A stretch of DNA of 64,000 nt from Eledone cirrhosa (lineage: Eukaryota). Positions 41,057-53,318 of this stretch are shown here, piece by piece. Numbering within the stretch: the stretch's first letter is position 1; each line of letters starts with the position of its first letter. The stretch is taken from assembly GCA_964016885.1 (NCBI GenBank), contig OZ024755.1, positions 35,216,001 through 35,280,000 on the forward strand. Reading direction: 5' to 3'. The position numbers and the translations under genes were made by a program. The notes under the pieces were generated by a model. It ran no database searches. It was not told the DNA's origin and saw nothing but the letters and a program-made list of their open reading frames with translations.

Positions 41057-41398
41057 TTAACACTTTAGCATTTAAACTGGCCATATCATCACCATCATTG
41101 TTTAACGTCCATCTTCCACGCCAGCATGGGTTAGACGGGAATTGTCCCACTTGAGGCAAGATTGATCGGGTGACCGTGACTCGCTCGTATGGGACTATAT
41201 CCAGCAAGAATTCTCTCACCTCTTTCTGTTGAAACAAGCCGTAACCGGCTGCTCATACTGGTGTTAAGGTATTGTTCTCTAAATAAATAATATCAAAATC
41301 TCATAGATTCAATATTATGTGAGGTAATTCTGTGAAATAAAGTGTTTACCGTGAAAATACAATATTAATATAGAGTAATGTAAATGGTGATGGGTTAA
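41057..41398 (+). mobile_element. piggyBac-like MITE with an inserted RTE 3' tail fragment (~41086-41197, minus)
   Basis: MITE sequence split at ggccatatc / tatatccagcaagaattctc. Confidence 0.7.
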
Positions 41399-41777
41399 GT
41401 CACAAGGAACATTATATAAATATTAGAATTTATTTCAATACACTGCTGTGTATGTATATATATATATGTGCATATGCATACATTTATATCTATGAGAATA
41501 TAAATGCACAAACAACGACACACTTACAAAAATACACATTCACACAAACACACACACATACATCCACACAAATACACACACATACATCCACACAAACACA
41601 CAACACATACATTCACACAAACACACAACACATACATTCACACAAACACACACACATACATCCACACACACACACACACACATACATCCACACAAACACA
41701 CATACATTCACACAAACACACATACATTCACACAAATACACACATTCATTCACACAAACACACACATTCATTTACAC

Positions 41778-42411
41778 CAGCGTTTCTCAATCTTCTTTCA
41801 GCCAGCGAACCTTCAAATAAGATACATCTTACATCAAATGGGTACAAAACCTAACACAAGTGTGTGTGGTTGGGCCTTTAATTGCCAGGGGTCAATTTAA
41901 GTTCAATCGCAGAAAGGTGTTCAAAATGGCAACACACTCACATACACACAATCATATACATACAAACATACACACAATCATATACATACAAAAATACACA
42001 CAATCATATACATACAAACATAGACAAACACATACATATCAGCCACTCCCAAAAGCCAGTTTTATCCAAAATTCTGACCACTATTCTTTATATATTTCCA
42101 CACAAATACACACATTCAACTTTTCGCTTTTATTCATTGTTTTTTTTCTTCTTTTAGTCGTCTGTCACCATTCATCTGTTTTTTGGTTTTGTTTTTTGGG
42201 TTTCACTTTAGCGACACCAGTTACACACGGTGCCAGAAATTCACTTGGTGTCGCCAAAGTGGAAAAAATGTTTTTTAATTTTTGAAAATTTGAAAGAAAA
42301 AAGATGGATAAATGCCCACCACCCACCTGAGTATATTCACTGCCCCCCTAATAAAATAAAAACTCCCAGCACCCCATTTCAACACAACAGCGCCCACGTT
42401 GGCAAACACTG
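41778..42411. mobile_element. hAT-type non-autonomous element
   Basis: TIRs cagcgtttctcaa / ttggcaaacactg; perfect 8-bp TSD atttacac. Confidence 0.85.
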
Positions 42412-42654
42412 ATTTACACAAACACACACATACAAATTCACTCACACACAGCATAACAAATGGAACACCAACTGCTGTTTTGCTCTAGTTTTTTCACCAT
42501 CCCCTTCCTTCTATATTGGGTGACAGACAGAAGTTGCTTAAATTTATATACAGATTTTCTATGAAATCATTACAGGATGTTGAGGGTTAAGTAACAAGTA
42601 GCATTATGAAAATATATGGTCAGGTCATGGCCAGTTCCAGTATGTATTTTATTA

Positions 42655-42869
42655 TTAACCCTTTAGCATTTGAACTGGCCATATCCAGCCAGAAATTCTC
42701 ACCTCTTTCTGTTCAAACCAGCCATACCTGACTGCTCATACTGACATTAAAGTATTGTTCTCAAAATAAATAACAGCAAAATTCCATAGATTTGATATTA
42801 CGTGAGATAAAACCTTTACCATGAAAATATAATAGTAAATATAGAGTAATGTAAATGCTAAAGGGTTAA
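42655..42869 (+). mobile_element. piggyBac-like MITE, intact
   Basis: ttaaccctttagcattt ... aaatgctaaagggttaa. Confidence 0.88.
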
Positions 42870-43519
42870 ATCAAAGCAAACACAAGAAATTAATTACATT
42901 CCAGTACAAGGACTGATGAGTTAACATGATGTTTATGTGATATTGTCTCGTTCATTTTCATTTTTCCATTTTCTCCCTTTGCTCCTCTCCATCTACTGCT
43001 TCTCCGGACCAACACACTTATAATCTAATCTAATCTGGCCGAGTTTACACTCACAAATAAGAAGAACCAGGGCCGCCCCTAGGAGCATTGGATTTGGTGT
43101 ACTTCATATTTGTTTCAGTTGCTGAATACAATCAGGGGTCACTGCTTCTCCTGAAGGTCAATAGTTCTCTTCTAACTCGAACGGGAGCGCCTTTCCATTG
43201 TCAATTTGTATTGATCATCTGTAAAGCCACATTGTTCTCAGAACCACTACACCAGTCTTTTGATGTGTGTAGCTGGAACTACTGCCACCCACTGATTTGG
43301 CAGGATTTTTTTTTTTTAGATAGCCATTGACTCTTATGAGTTCTTCCGCCCTTTGTCAGGTTTTGTTTTTTTCCTGCAGTGTGTCCAAAATCACCCACCT
43401 CACCAAGTAAACTCGGTGGGGTTGCCAGTTTAGTCACCAACGACCCGACCATGCAACAGGTTGTACTGGGTTACATGTTACCAGAAGCATTCAAGTGTGA
43501 CCTTCAACACACTTCTAGC

Positions 43520-44525
43520 TGTTTATTCCTGTCCTTTTCAGTAAGATTTTACCCATTGATGACATATTACTCTCCTGTGATAGCTGTCCTTGCATTGAGT
43601 TTCTCATTAAGAGTTAATATTTTATTCAGTACCTGGTTCATCACCTCTTGTACTGACAGTTTGATCATCAACCATATTTTATAAGAATTCTAGCACCATA
43701 ATATTAAAATATTCCTCAACTAGCTTCACAAACTCTGTTTTAGATCTTTGCTAATTTTCATCTTCAAATATTACAACTATTGATGCAGTGTCTTTCAGAT
43801 TTTTACCAACAGACTACAGAGCAGGAAAACATGACTTAAACGCTTGAATTGCACTGAAAGAATGATTACCATCAATACTGTTCAGCAGTACACACTCCAA
43901 CCAAATTGAAAGAATGATTATAGCAGTTTACAAAAATAGCTTTGTAGTCTTTTCATTAATCCTCTGTTGAACACCATTTTTATAATCAGCCATAATTGCA
44001 GTCATGAGATTGAAATTTATATAATGGCATTTCATTTTTTACAAGTTGATCCAAAATTCTTTCCACCATGTTTTCAGCATGCTTTCGTTTTGATTAGATA
44101 AATCCAAGAAAAAGACCATTTAATAAAAATTGTTTTCTCCTTAAAATCAATATCCATATAACAAACTGCTTCTTCAATTTTCCTTTGGTGTGCTGGGACT
44201 TTAGTAGAATCAAATACGAGTCAAAAATATTTGGCCCTATGAATCGATATTATATAGCAATTTATGATGAACAATAGAAACCATCAGCTGAACCTATTAT
44301 TTTGGTACCAACAAAGAGAAATGTAATATTCTTCCAGGTTTGTTTTCCCCTCTTACTTCAGTAATATGGAAAATATCCCTATTTTAGTTACTCAACAAAA
44401 TTTTTTAAATTATTTTCCTCCTCTTGGCTATACAATTCCATGTTACTTACAATGGAAGAATTCATGTTGCTAGACTTTTATGCAGTGGAGAATTCTGTTG
44501 AAATATCCTATCTTTTGTTCCACTA
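43520..44525 (-). pseudogene. Highly decayed hAT (Tip100/ZMYM1-like) transposase relic
   Basis: Manual minus-strand translation across frameshifts: AKYF*LVFDST, ERILDQLVKNEMPL, AIMADYKNGVQQRINEK, AIFVNCYNHSFNLVG (C..H.LNL motif). Confidence 0.75.
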
Positions 44526-44859
44526 TAAAATAACTAATGTAATTTATAACAGGTGGAATTAGGACAATTTCCAAACTTATTACTTAATGGTTCTATTCAA
44601 TTTTTATTTTTTGTGCATGCTATAATATTATAATATTCAAATTGTATAAATCTTAATTGACGGTATTGGAATTTGAGCACAACTGTACAACACAAATCCC
44701 ATGAATTCTGTTTCCTTTAATTACTGAAAAATGGAGACACACATGTTAACAAAAGTAATCTTCACTAAAAGTAAAAGCCAAAATAAGCTGACAAAGAAAT
44801 CTCTTTCTGATCACTTAACCCTTTAATATTTACATTACGCTATATTTACAGCACACAAC

Positions 44860-45072
44860 ACACAAAAACAAGAGAGCCAAAAAAAAAGAAATCAGTTACT
44901 GAGGAGGTCACAGAATGTGTGACAAAAGAGCTTTGACAATATATAAACAACCATCCAGATACTGAACCAACCAACTGGAAATTTATAATAAATTGAAGTG
45001 AAAACCAACAGGTGCATGTATTTTTATTGGCAGCATGACCCTCCCAGAATATAACAATATCTGTTTCAACAA
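44860..45072 (+). mobile_element. Third copy of the hammerhead-bearing repeat of 6573-7648 (core mutated GAAA to AAAA)
   Basis: gtta-CTGAGGA-ggtcacagaatgtgtgac-AAAA-gagc-TT-tgac, then the shared tail catgaccctccca..tataacaatatc. Confidence 0.7.
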
Positions 45073-45112
45073 GACCCCTTCTCTGATAGGTTCCTGTCTT
45101 CTTACCTATTTA

Positions 45113-45342
45113 TTATCCCTTTAGCATTTAAACTGGCCATATCCAGCCAGAATTCTTTATCCTCTTTCTGTTAAAACCAGTCATAGTCAGCAGCTCATAT
45201 CGATGTTTTAGGTATTGTTCTCAAAATAAATAATATAAAAATCTCATAGATTCGATATTATGTGAGGTAATTATGTAAGGTAAAACCTTTTCTGTGAAAA
45301 TAAAATAGTATATGTAAAATAATGTAAATGCTAAAGAGTTAA
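45113..45342 (+). mobile_element. piggyBac-like MITE
   Basis: Matches the family. Confidence 0.8.
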
Positions 45343-45635
45343 GACTAAATCAAGAATCAAAAAGCCTAAGAGTAAACGTTAGTGAAGAAAAAAGTCTTAA
45401 CTACGTTTACTCTTAGGCTTTTTGATTCTTGATTTTCTTCCGTATCTGAAATTTTTCTTCAAGCTCTTCCTCAAATTTAGATGTAAGGTCTAAACCAGGT
45501 GCTTGCAACAGGCGGCCACATGGGCCACAATCCGGCCCACCAGACCAGTCAGAGTGGTCCGCGATGACCGTTTATAATTTTTACCTTGTAGGCTTAGTTA
45601 AAAATTTTTTCATAACCATAATACAATTTCTTGTT

Positions 45636-45915
45636 AGTTGACCTATACTAAAGGACTTTACTGATAGGGTTATGTGTGTTATAATTTCCCCAGTTGACCT
45701 ATACTAAAGGGCTTCACTGATAGGGTTATGTGTTATAATTTCCCCAGTTGACCTATACTAAAGGACTTTACTGATAGGGTTATGTGTGTTATAATTTCCC
45801 CAGTTGATCTATACTAAAGGGCTTCACTGATAGGGTTATGTGTGTTATAATTTCCCAGTTGACCTATACTAAAGGACTTTACTGATAGGGTTATGTGTGT
45901 TATAATTTCCCAGTT
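45636..45915. repeat. ~55-bp tandem repeat, 5 copies
   Basis: Unit agttgacctatactaaaggactttactgatagggttatgtgtgttataatttcccc. Confidence 0.9.
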
Positions 45916-46024
45916 CCATGTTATGGAAAGAAGTTGTGAATCTTTGGAATAGTGCTTAATAAATATTAATGGCCCTAATAGTTGTTCCAATGTGATCATC
46001 CACAGAAGTATGGCTGATTTCAGG

Positions 46025-46252
46025 TTAACTCTTTAGCATATAAATCGGCTGTATCTGGCCAGAATTCTCTCACCTGTTTCTATTCAAACCAGTCATTACA
46101 GGCTGCTCATACTCACGTTAAGGTATTGTTCTCAAAGTAATTCTATCAAAATGTCATAGATTCAATATTATGTGAGATAATTATGTAAGATAAAGTATTT
46201 ACCGTGAAAATACAATAGAAAATATAGAATAATGTAAATGCTAAAGGGTTAA
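46025..46252 (+). mobile_element. piggyBac-like MITE
   Basis: ttaactctttagcat...aatgctaaagggttaa. Confidence 0.85.
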
Positions 46253-46546
46253 ATAGCAACAACAATGCTAAGCATATTTTTATGTTTTCTGTGAAATGCT
46301 TTTCATATGAGAAAACTACTAAACCATTTTACCTATGCAGCAGTAGCACCAAATATCAGAGATTGATTCGGTTGATAAACTAATAATTCTTATAAATAAA
46401 ACAAATTTCTGAAGCAAAAAAAAAATCTATCTTTACTTTTAATTTCCAGTTCAGTAAATTACTTCCTAAAAATGGGACATATTTCAAAAGAAAATATCAG
46501 AGGTGAAGATATAAACTATATCTACATGATATTATTTATAACAATC

Positions 46547-46920
46547 AGGGGTTGGACGCCATGCTTTGATGCATAGAGTTATGGCCCTTGCCATTCTGAG
46601 TTCAATTCCCTCCGAGGTTAACTTTGCCTTTCATCCTTACGGGGTCGATAAAATAAAGTACCAGTAATACACTGGATAATTGCTGGCCTTGTGCCAAAAG
46701 TAGAAACAATTATTTATAACAATCAGGGCGGTGGATTGGCAGTATCGGTAGAGAGTCGGACACCATTCTTTGACGCAAAGAGTTACGGACCTTTCCATTC
46801 TGAGTTCAAATCCCGCCGAGGTTAACTTTGCCTTTCATCCTTACGGCGTCGATAAAATAAAGTACCAGTAATACACTGGGATAATTGCTGGCCTTGTGCC
46901 AAAGAGTAGAAACAATTATT
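46547..46920 (+). mobile_element. Two tandem SINE A copies
   Basis: Separated and flanked by attatttataacaatc (three occurrences). Confidence 0.88.
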
Positions 46921-46964
46921 TATAACAATCATTATATTTTGTAATTTAACCCTTCTATTACTGA

Positions 46965-47972
46965 GAGATCAGAGTGTCACTCCAGGTAGAGCCTCTACTT
47001 CTCTGATCAGAGATCACAGCTCTGATACTATGGACAGATGGTTAGAATGTCTCAGGAAAGAATCACTGGAGAGTCACTCCAGGTAGAGCTGCTACTTCTC
47101 TGAATTGAGAAATCAAAGCTCTGATACTATGGTCATGTGGTAAGAATGTCTCAGGAAAGAATCACAGGAGAGTCACTCCAGGTGGAGCTGCTACTTCTCT
47201 GAATTGAGAGATCACAGCTCTGATACTATGGTCATGTGGTAAGAATGTCTCAGGAAAGAATCACTGGAGAGTCACACCAGGTAGAGCTGCTACTTCTCTG
47301 AATTGAGAGATCACAGCTCTGATACTATGGTCATGTGGTAAGAATGTCTCAGGAAAGAATCACTGGAGAGTCACTCCAGGTAGAGCCACTACTTCTCCGA
47401 ATTGAGAAATCAAAGCTCTGATACTATGGGCAGGTGGTTAGAATGTCTCAGGAAAGAATCACTGGAGAGTCACTCCAGGTAGAGCTGCTACTTCTCTGAA
47501 TTGAGAAATCAAAGCTCTGATACTATGGTCATGTGGTAAGAATGTCTCTGGAAAGAATCACAGGAGAGTCACTCCAGGTGGAGCTGCTACTTCTCTGAAT
47601 TGAGAGATCACAGCTCTGATACTATGGTTATGTGGTAAGAATGTCTCAGGAAAGAATCACTGGAGAGTCACACCAGGTAGAGCCACTACTTCTCCGAATT
47701 GAGAAATCAAAGCTCTGATACTATGGGCAGGTGGTTAGAATGTCTCAGGAAAGAATCACTGGACAGATTTTATGGGTGAAACCAACAGGTAGGAGACCGA
47801 GGGGTAGACCCCGAGAAAGATGGCTGGATAACATCAATGAGCTTGGCTGGTCACGCTTGGGGACCCAGCCGGATCAGTCGGACGCGGTTGCTTCTGACAG
47901 GACCTGCTGGAGGGAGTTCTTTGAGGACACTGCCCCCACGACCCTCTCAGGAATAAGTAGGAGGAGGAGGAG
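46965..47972 (+). mobile_element. RTE 3' fragment with 99-bp internal tandem array (~8 copies, 46970-47762)
   Basis: Unit (47071, 47170, 47269, ...) encodes ESLQVELLLL*IERSQL*YYGHVVRMSQERITG, continuing into GRRPRGRPRERWLDNI. Confidence 0.9.
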
Positions 47973-48587
47973 AAAAAGAAAAAGAAAAAGAAAGAAAAAG
48001 AAAAAGAAGAAGAAGTCAAAGAACCCTTCCATTACCATATTTCTAATGAAAGACATTGCTGGTGATTTTCAATTAACCATGAAGAAAATATAGAATTTGA
48101 AGATTTGAATTTCAAATTGTAGCCAGTTGACCTTCTACTTGTGTCTCTAGTGTCTCAAAATAAACATTAATGTCACACATCTCTAGTCCTAGTTCTATTT
48201 AAATCTCAGTGTACCTCACTATGTATCAAATCAATGATAGTCATATTAGTTTTTTTAGTTCCGTTAGTTATTTTTCTATTTAATTTTTTTTCCATATGTT
48301 GATTATTTTCATTGACATTTTATAACTTCCCTTTGTTCCATCTTCATCTTCGTAAGATTATTATCAGTGCCTCATCAGACAAAATGCCTGGTAGTATTCA
48401 TTAATGACAATTAATGAGCTTTTGCGTTCTGAGTTAACCCTTTCATTACTGTATTTCTAATGAAAGACACTGCATGTGTATTTTGAAAATAATGAAGAAG
48501 AGTAATTTAGTAATATAACTAAGTTTCTCATAATTCGGCTGGTGTTTGAAACATAACTTAAAGATTCTTACATAAAATTATTATAAA

Positions 48588-49178
48588 TATTTGAAAAACT
48601 CAGATTACATTTATTGTATTCAGCCATGTAGAGTGAAAAAAAGTTTTCTTTTTTATTTGAATTTGGCAAAGCCAGCCATTTATCGCTCATATACAGTAAA
48701 CTGAGTGGCCAGTCTGCTGATATGCAAATCTAGCTGATCAGTAGATCTGCTAATATGCAGATCTGACTGATCAGCCAGTCAGCTAATATGCAAATCAGGC
48801 CGATCAGTAACTGTGTATTTTTGAAAATAGCATATATTTTCACTAGCTCTGACAGTTTGGCAGGTGAACAGTGAGCTGTACTGATGAAGGGTGATACCCA
48901 GAAACATTAGTGTCTGCAGTTCTGTTCACATGCCAACACAAGAGCAAGAATGAAGGGTTCATTCTACTGACGTGGCTATAAAATTGAGGCTTGTTTGCAT
49001 AATTGCAACCGAATCGAATGGTATTATTAATATTCAAAAAACTGATTACATTTATTGTATTCAGACATATAGAGCGAAAAAAGTTTTCTTTTTCATTTGA
49101 ATTTGGCAAAACCTGCCATTTATCCCTCGTATACAGGAAACTGACTGGCCAGTCTGCTGATATGCAAATATGGCTGAT
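48588..49178 (+). mobile_element. ~441-bp unit with ~150-bp terminal direct repeats enclosing the hammerhead (retrozyme or pLTR-like)
   Basis: 48588-48738 is repeated at 49029-49178 (gattacatttattgtattcag at 48603 and 49044). Confidence 0.6.
48857..48936 (+). ncRNA. Type I hammerhead ribozyme with extended stem I
   Basis: ttggca-g-gtgaacag-tg-agctgta CTGATGA a-gggt-gat-accc-a GAAA cattagtg TC tgcagtt-ctgttcac-a-tgccaa. Confidence 0.85.
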
Positions 49179-49391
49179 GTGTGTGTGTGTATGTGTGTAT
49201 GTATTTGTGTGTATGTATTTGTGTGTGTGTGTATTTGTGTGTATGTATTTGTGTGTGTGTGTATTTGTGTATGTGTGTGTGTATTTGTGTGTCTGTGTGT
49301 GTAAGCATGCAAGATTTAGTAGGGTGGTTACATCCAAACCGCTTTGCCTTCTCCATATTCACATACACACACACACATGTATGTATGTATG

Positions 49392-49558
49392 GGGCCAGCA
49401 TTATGTGTCAATAATTGTCACAAGTGTAGTGTTTGTACCAGAATTTTCAAGTCGCTGGCTGGACTAAAAAGTCACACTCATTCAGCGCATCGGTAGGGGT
49501 TCTCCTACATGGATATAAAGTAGTGGCCATACTCGAAAACGAGTTGACAGCCACCACC
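49392..49558 (+). mobile_element. RTE-type 3' end fragment with C2H2 finger
   Basis: Reverse complement of 35746-35910. Confidence 0.8.
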
Positions 49559-49711
49559 ATGTATGTATGTAAGTATGTATGCATGCATGCATGTATGCAT
49601 GCATGAATATATGTATATATATATATATGCTAGTATGGAAAAATAGACATAAAATGATGATGATGATTCACACACATAAATACATCAACATGAATATATA
49701 CACACACACAC

Positions 49712-49750
<39 letters not shown>

Positions 49751-49821
49751 AGGTTCTATACAAAACAATGGTTATAGAGAAAAGGTGAAGTTGGAAATAG
49801 CACGGAAAATATATTTTAGGG

Positions 49822-49857
<36 letters not shown>

Positions 49858-49860
<3 letters not shown>

Positions 49861-50217
49861 GTGTAAATGTGCCTGAACGACCCAGCATAAATGTGTTGAG
49901 AGAGAAACTGTCTGAGAGGGATAGAATGTAGTGTACGGGAGAGGAGACTGAGGTGGTATGGACATGTGATGCGCATGGAGGATGACCGATGGGTGAAGAA
50001 GTGCCAGGAAATGCCAGTTGAAGGAAGACGTGGTAGAGGTAGACCACGAAAAACATGGGCGGAGGTGGTGAGAACAGACCTCAGATCATTGAAGCTCACG
50101 GTGGAGATGACAAGGGACCGTGACGAGTGGAGAGATGCTGCGCTGAATAAGACCCGTCCCACCCTTGCAAGCAGGGAAAAGCGGACGTAAAATGATGATG
50201 ATGATGATGATGATGAT
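49858..50217 (+). mobile_element. RTE LINE 3' fragment with (GAT)n tail
   Basis: MRMEDDRWVKKC..GRGRPRKTWAEVV..RDRDEWR; same family as 11478-13220. Confidence 0.9.
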
Positions 50218-50548
50218 ATAGATATATATATAGAGAGAGAGAGAGAGACCCTAAAATATATTTTCCGTGCTATTTCCAACTTCACCTTTTCTCTATAATC
50301 ACTGTTTTGTATAGAACCTTACTTCCCTTTTCTAATATATATATATATATGTATGTGTTAGTCTATATATATGTATGTATACACACACACAGACATATAT
50401 GTGTGTGTACAAAATGGTTGACTCACAGCCGCCTCTGTCCACATTTTCAATTTACAGAGGTGCCTTCCTCAATTTTTTCAATTCTTATTTCTAATGATCG
50501 ACTATTGTTGTGGTCATATGTGTTGGGACACACACTTTTCAACTGACA

Positions 50549-50608
<60 letters not shown>

Positions 50609-51434
50609 CACACCTGTATATACATATATATATATGTTTGTGTGTGTATATATATATATATTTGTGTGTGTGTGTGTGCATATATATATATATGTGTGTG
50701 TGTATATACACACATATATATACATATATATGTGTATATATATGTATATGTGTATATATATATATATGTATATATATATATGTATATGTATATATATATA
50801 TGTATATATATATATGTATATGTATATATATATATGTATATATATATGTTATGTATATATATATATATGTGTATATATGTATATACATATATACATATAT
50901 ATACATACATATGCACATTTATATACATATATATATATATACATATATATGTATGTATGTATAAAGCAGCCTGAACAATATATTCTTTTATGTTGCATTT
51001 ACCAATATTCCTCAGCAGTTTATGTCTGGAGTCAACAATTCAAGACAATTTCCTCAAGACACGCAAACAACGAGTGCAAAACTTTATTGAGGTGATTGGT
51101 TGTTTTACTTCTTGTTTTATCGTTCGCATGTCTTCATTCATTAAATAATGACAGAGGTAGACAGAAAATATAGCTGATAATAAAAAAAAAACAGAAAATA
51201 TTTTAAACAAAAATATAAAATAAAAACAACTATAAGAATATCTTTAAAATGTTAACTAATACAAAGTAAAATAAAATATATTTGAATATAAAAATAATGA
51301 AGTAATATAAAATATATCTCAATAGAAATGAAATATAATACCTAGAAATATACACAAAACACTTAAATTTATAAAAATATAAATTTTATAAAAAATATAA
51401 TAGAATGAAATATATATAGAATTCAAAATAAAAT

Positions 51435-52253
51435 CATCATTATCATCATCATCATCATCATCATCATTTAACGCCCATCTTTGTGTTAGGCGGTTTTGTT
51501 CCATTTGATGCGTGTCTCGCTCATATGGAAGTGTCTCTGGCAGGATTTTTTTACAGCTAGATACCCTTCCTAACACCCACCACATTTATAGTATAGACTG
51601 GGAGCCTTTTTACTGTGTCTCCTACATGACCACTTTACAGTGTGTACTGGGTGCTTTTTGTTGTGTCACCGACACAGTGGATGGGGTAGGATATGTGGGG
51701 TGGGGTGTATATTTGGTTAAGAGGTGCCTACTGACTGTAGGTTTGTATGCAAGGGAAGGTGGGTCTTGTGCATGGCGCTAAAGATCTCGATCCAGTGACA
51801 TTGTCTTAGCGAGGTGTAAGTGAGCAAGGGCAGTTTTTATCACCTCGTCCCAGCTTTTTCTTGGTCTACCGACTCCATAGCTTCCATCAATTTTCATTGC
51901 CCTGCACTATTTTATATTGCTGTCGACCTTCATACGCATCACATGTTCATACCAACGCAACCTCCTCTCCTGCACACAGCATTTGATTCCTCTTAAAATA
52001 GTCTCTCTCTCAATTCGTTTATGCTTTGCCATTCGCGTATATTACTATTTCACATCCATCAGAGCATGCAAGCTTCATTTCTTTCTAATCTACACAAGTC
52101 CTCTACACACACTACTATGTAACATTGCTGTTCATATGCTCGCATCATACAGTCTACCTTTCATTTTGAGGGAAAAGCCTTTTGTAACCTGCAGTGGTAG
52201 TAGTTCCCTGAACTTTTTCCATCCCGTTCTTACCCTCGTTACTCTACTTTCAG
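51435..52253 (-). mobile_element. Degenerate RTE LINE 3' portion with 3' UTR
   Basis: Homologous to 9955-10880. Confidence 0.85.
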
Positions 52254-52600
52254 AATATAAAATAGAATATAAAATATAAAATAAAATAGAATATAAAATA
52301 GAATATAAAATAAAATATAAAATAAAAAATAAAATATAATATAAAATGGAATATAAAATATAAAATAAAATATAATATAAAATGGAATATAAAATATAAA
52401 ATAAAATATTATATAAAATATAAAATAAAATATAAAATAAAATAGAATATAAAATATAAAATAAAATAGAATATAAAATATAAAATAAAATAAAATAAAA
52501 TATAAAATAGATATAAAATAAATATAAAATAAATATAAAATGAAATATAAAAAAGATATAAAATAAATATAAAATGAAATATAAAATAAAATATAAATGA
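52254..52600. repeat. (ATAAA/ATATAAA)n low-complexity repeat
   Basis: Directly visible. Confidence 0.93.
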
Positions 52601-52877
52601 AATGAAATCTTTAAAAAAAAAGAAATATATTGAAAAATATATGAAGTTAGAAAATAAAAATAAAAAATATATAAAGTATAAAAATATATAACAAAGTAGA
52701 TAAAATGTATAAATACGATATTAATAACAACACAAATAATAAAACTATAATAATAAAAATAATAGTAAATTGGTGAAGTGCATAAAAAAATAGAATGAAT
52801 GGAAAACTCAAAAGTAAAGGAATATAACTAATAAAATATACCATAAAACATTTTAAAGAAACAACAACAATAAAAAT

Positions 52878-53307
52878 AATTGTTTCTACTTTTGGCACAA
52901 GGCCAGCAATTAACAGTGTATTACTGGTACTTTATTTTATCGACCCTGTAAGGATGAAAGGCAAAGTCAACCTCGGCGGGATTTGAACTCAGATCGTAAA
53001 GGGACGTAACTATGCTGGAAAGCATGGCGTCCGACCCTCTACCAATACTGCCAATCCACCAATGATCTCTAGTATAGGCACAAGGCCAGTAATTTAGGGG
53101 GAGGAGAAAGTCAATTAAATCAACCGCAGTACGTTACTGGTACTTTATTTTATCGACCCCGTAAGGATGAAAGTCAAAGTTAACCTCGGCGGAATTTGAA
53201 CTAATAAAATTAATAATTGTTTCTACTTTTGGCACAAGGCCAGCAATTATCCCAGTGTATTACTGGTACTTTATATTGGTGTTCGACTCTCTACTGATAC
53301 TGCCAAT
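52878..53307 (-). mobile_element. Three SINE A copies or fragments
   Basis: Match the family. Confidence 0.82.
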
Positions 53308-53318
53308 GATAAGAATGA

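Noticed and set aside
42885-42950. CTGATGA near GAAA as a hammerhead
   Set aside because: No stem II or correctly placed UH/stem I could be formed.
45497-45560. hAT-like 5' end (also at ~57227)
   Set aside because: No matching opposite TIR or TSD located.
48340-48385. Minus-strand CTGATGA
   Set aside because: No GAAA or stems at suitable spacing.
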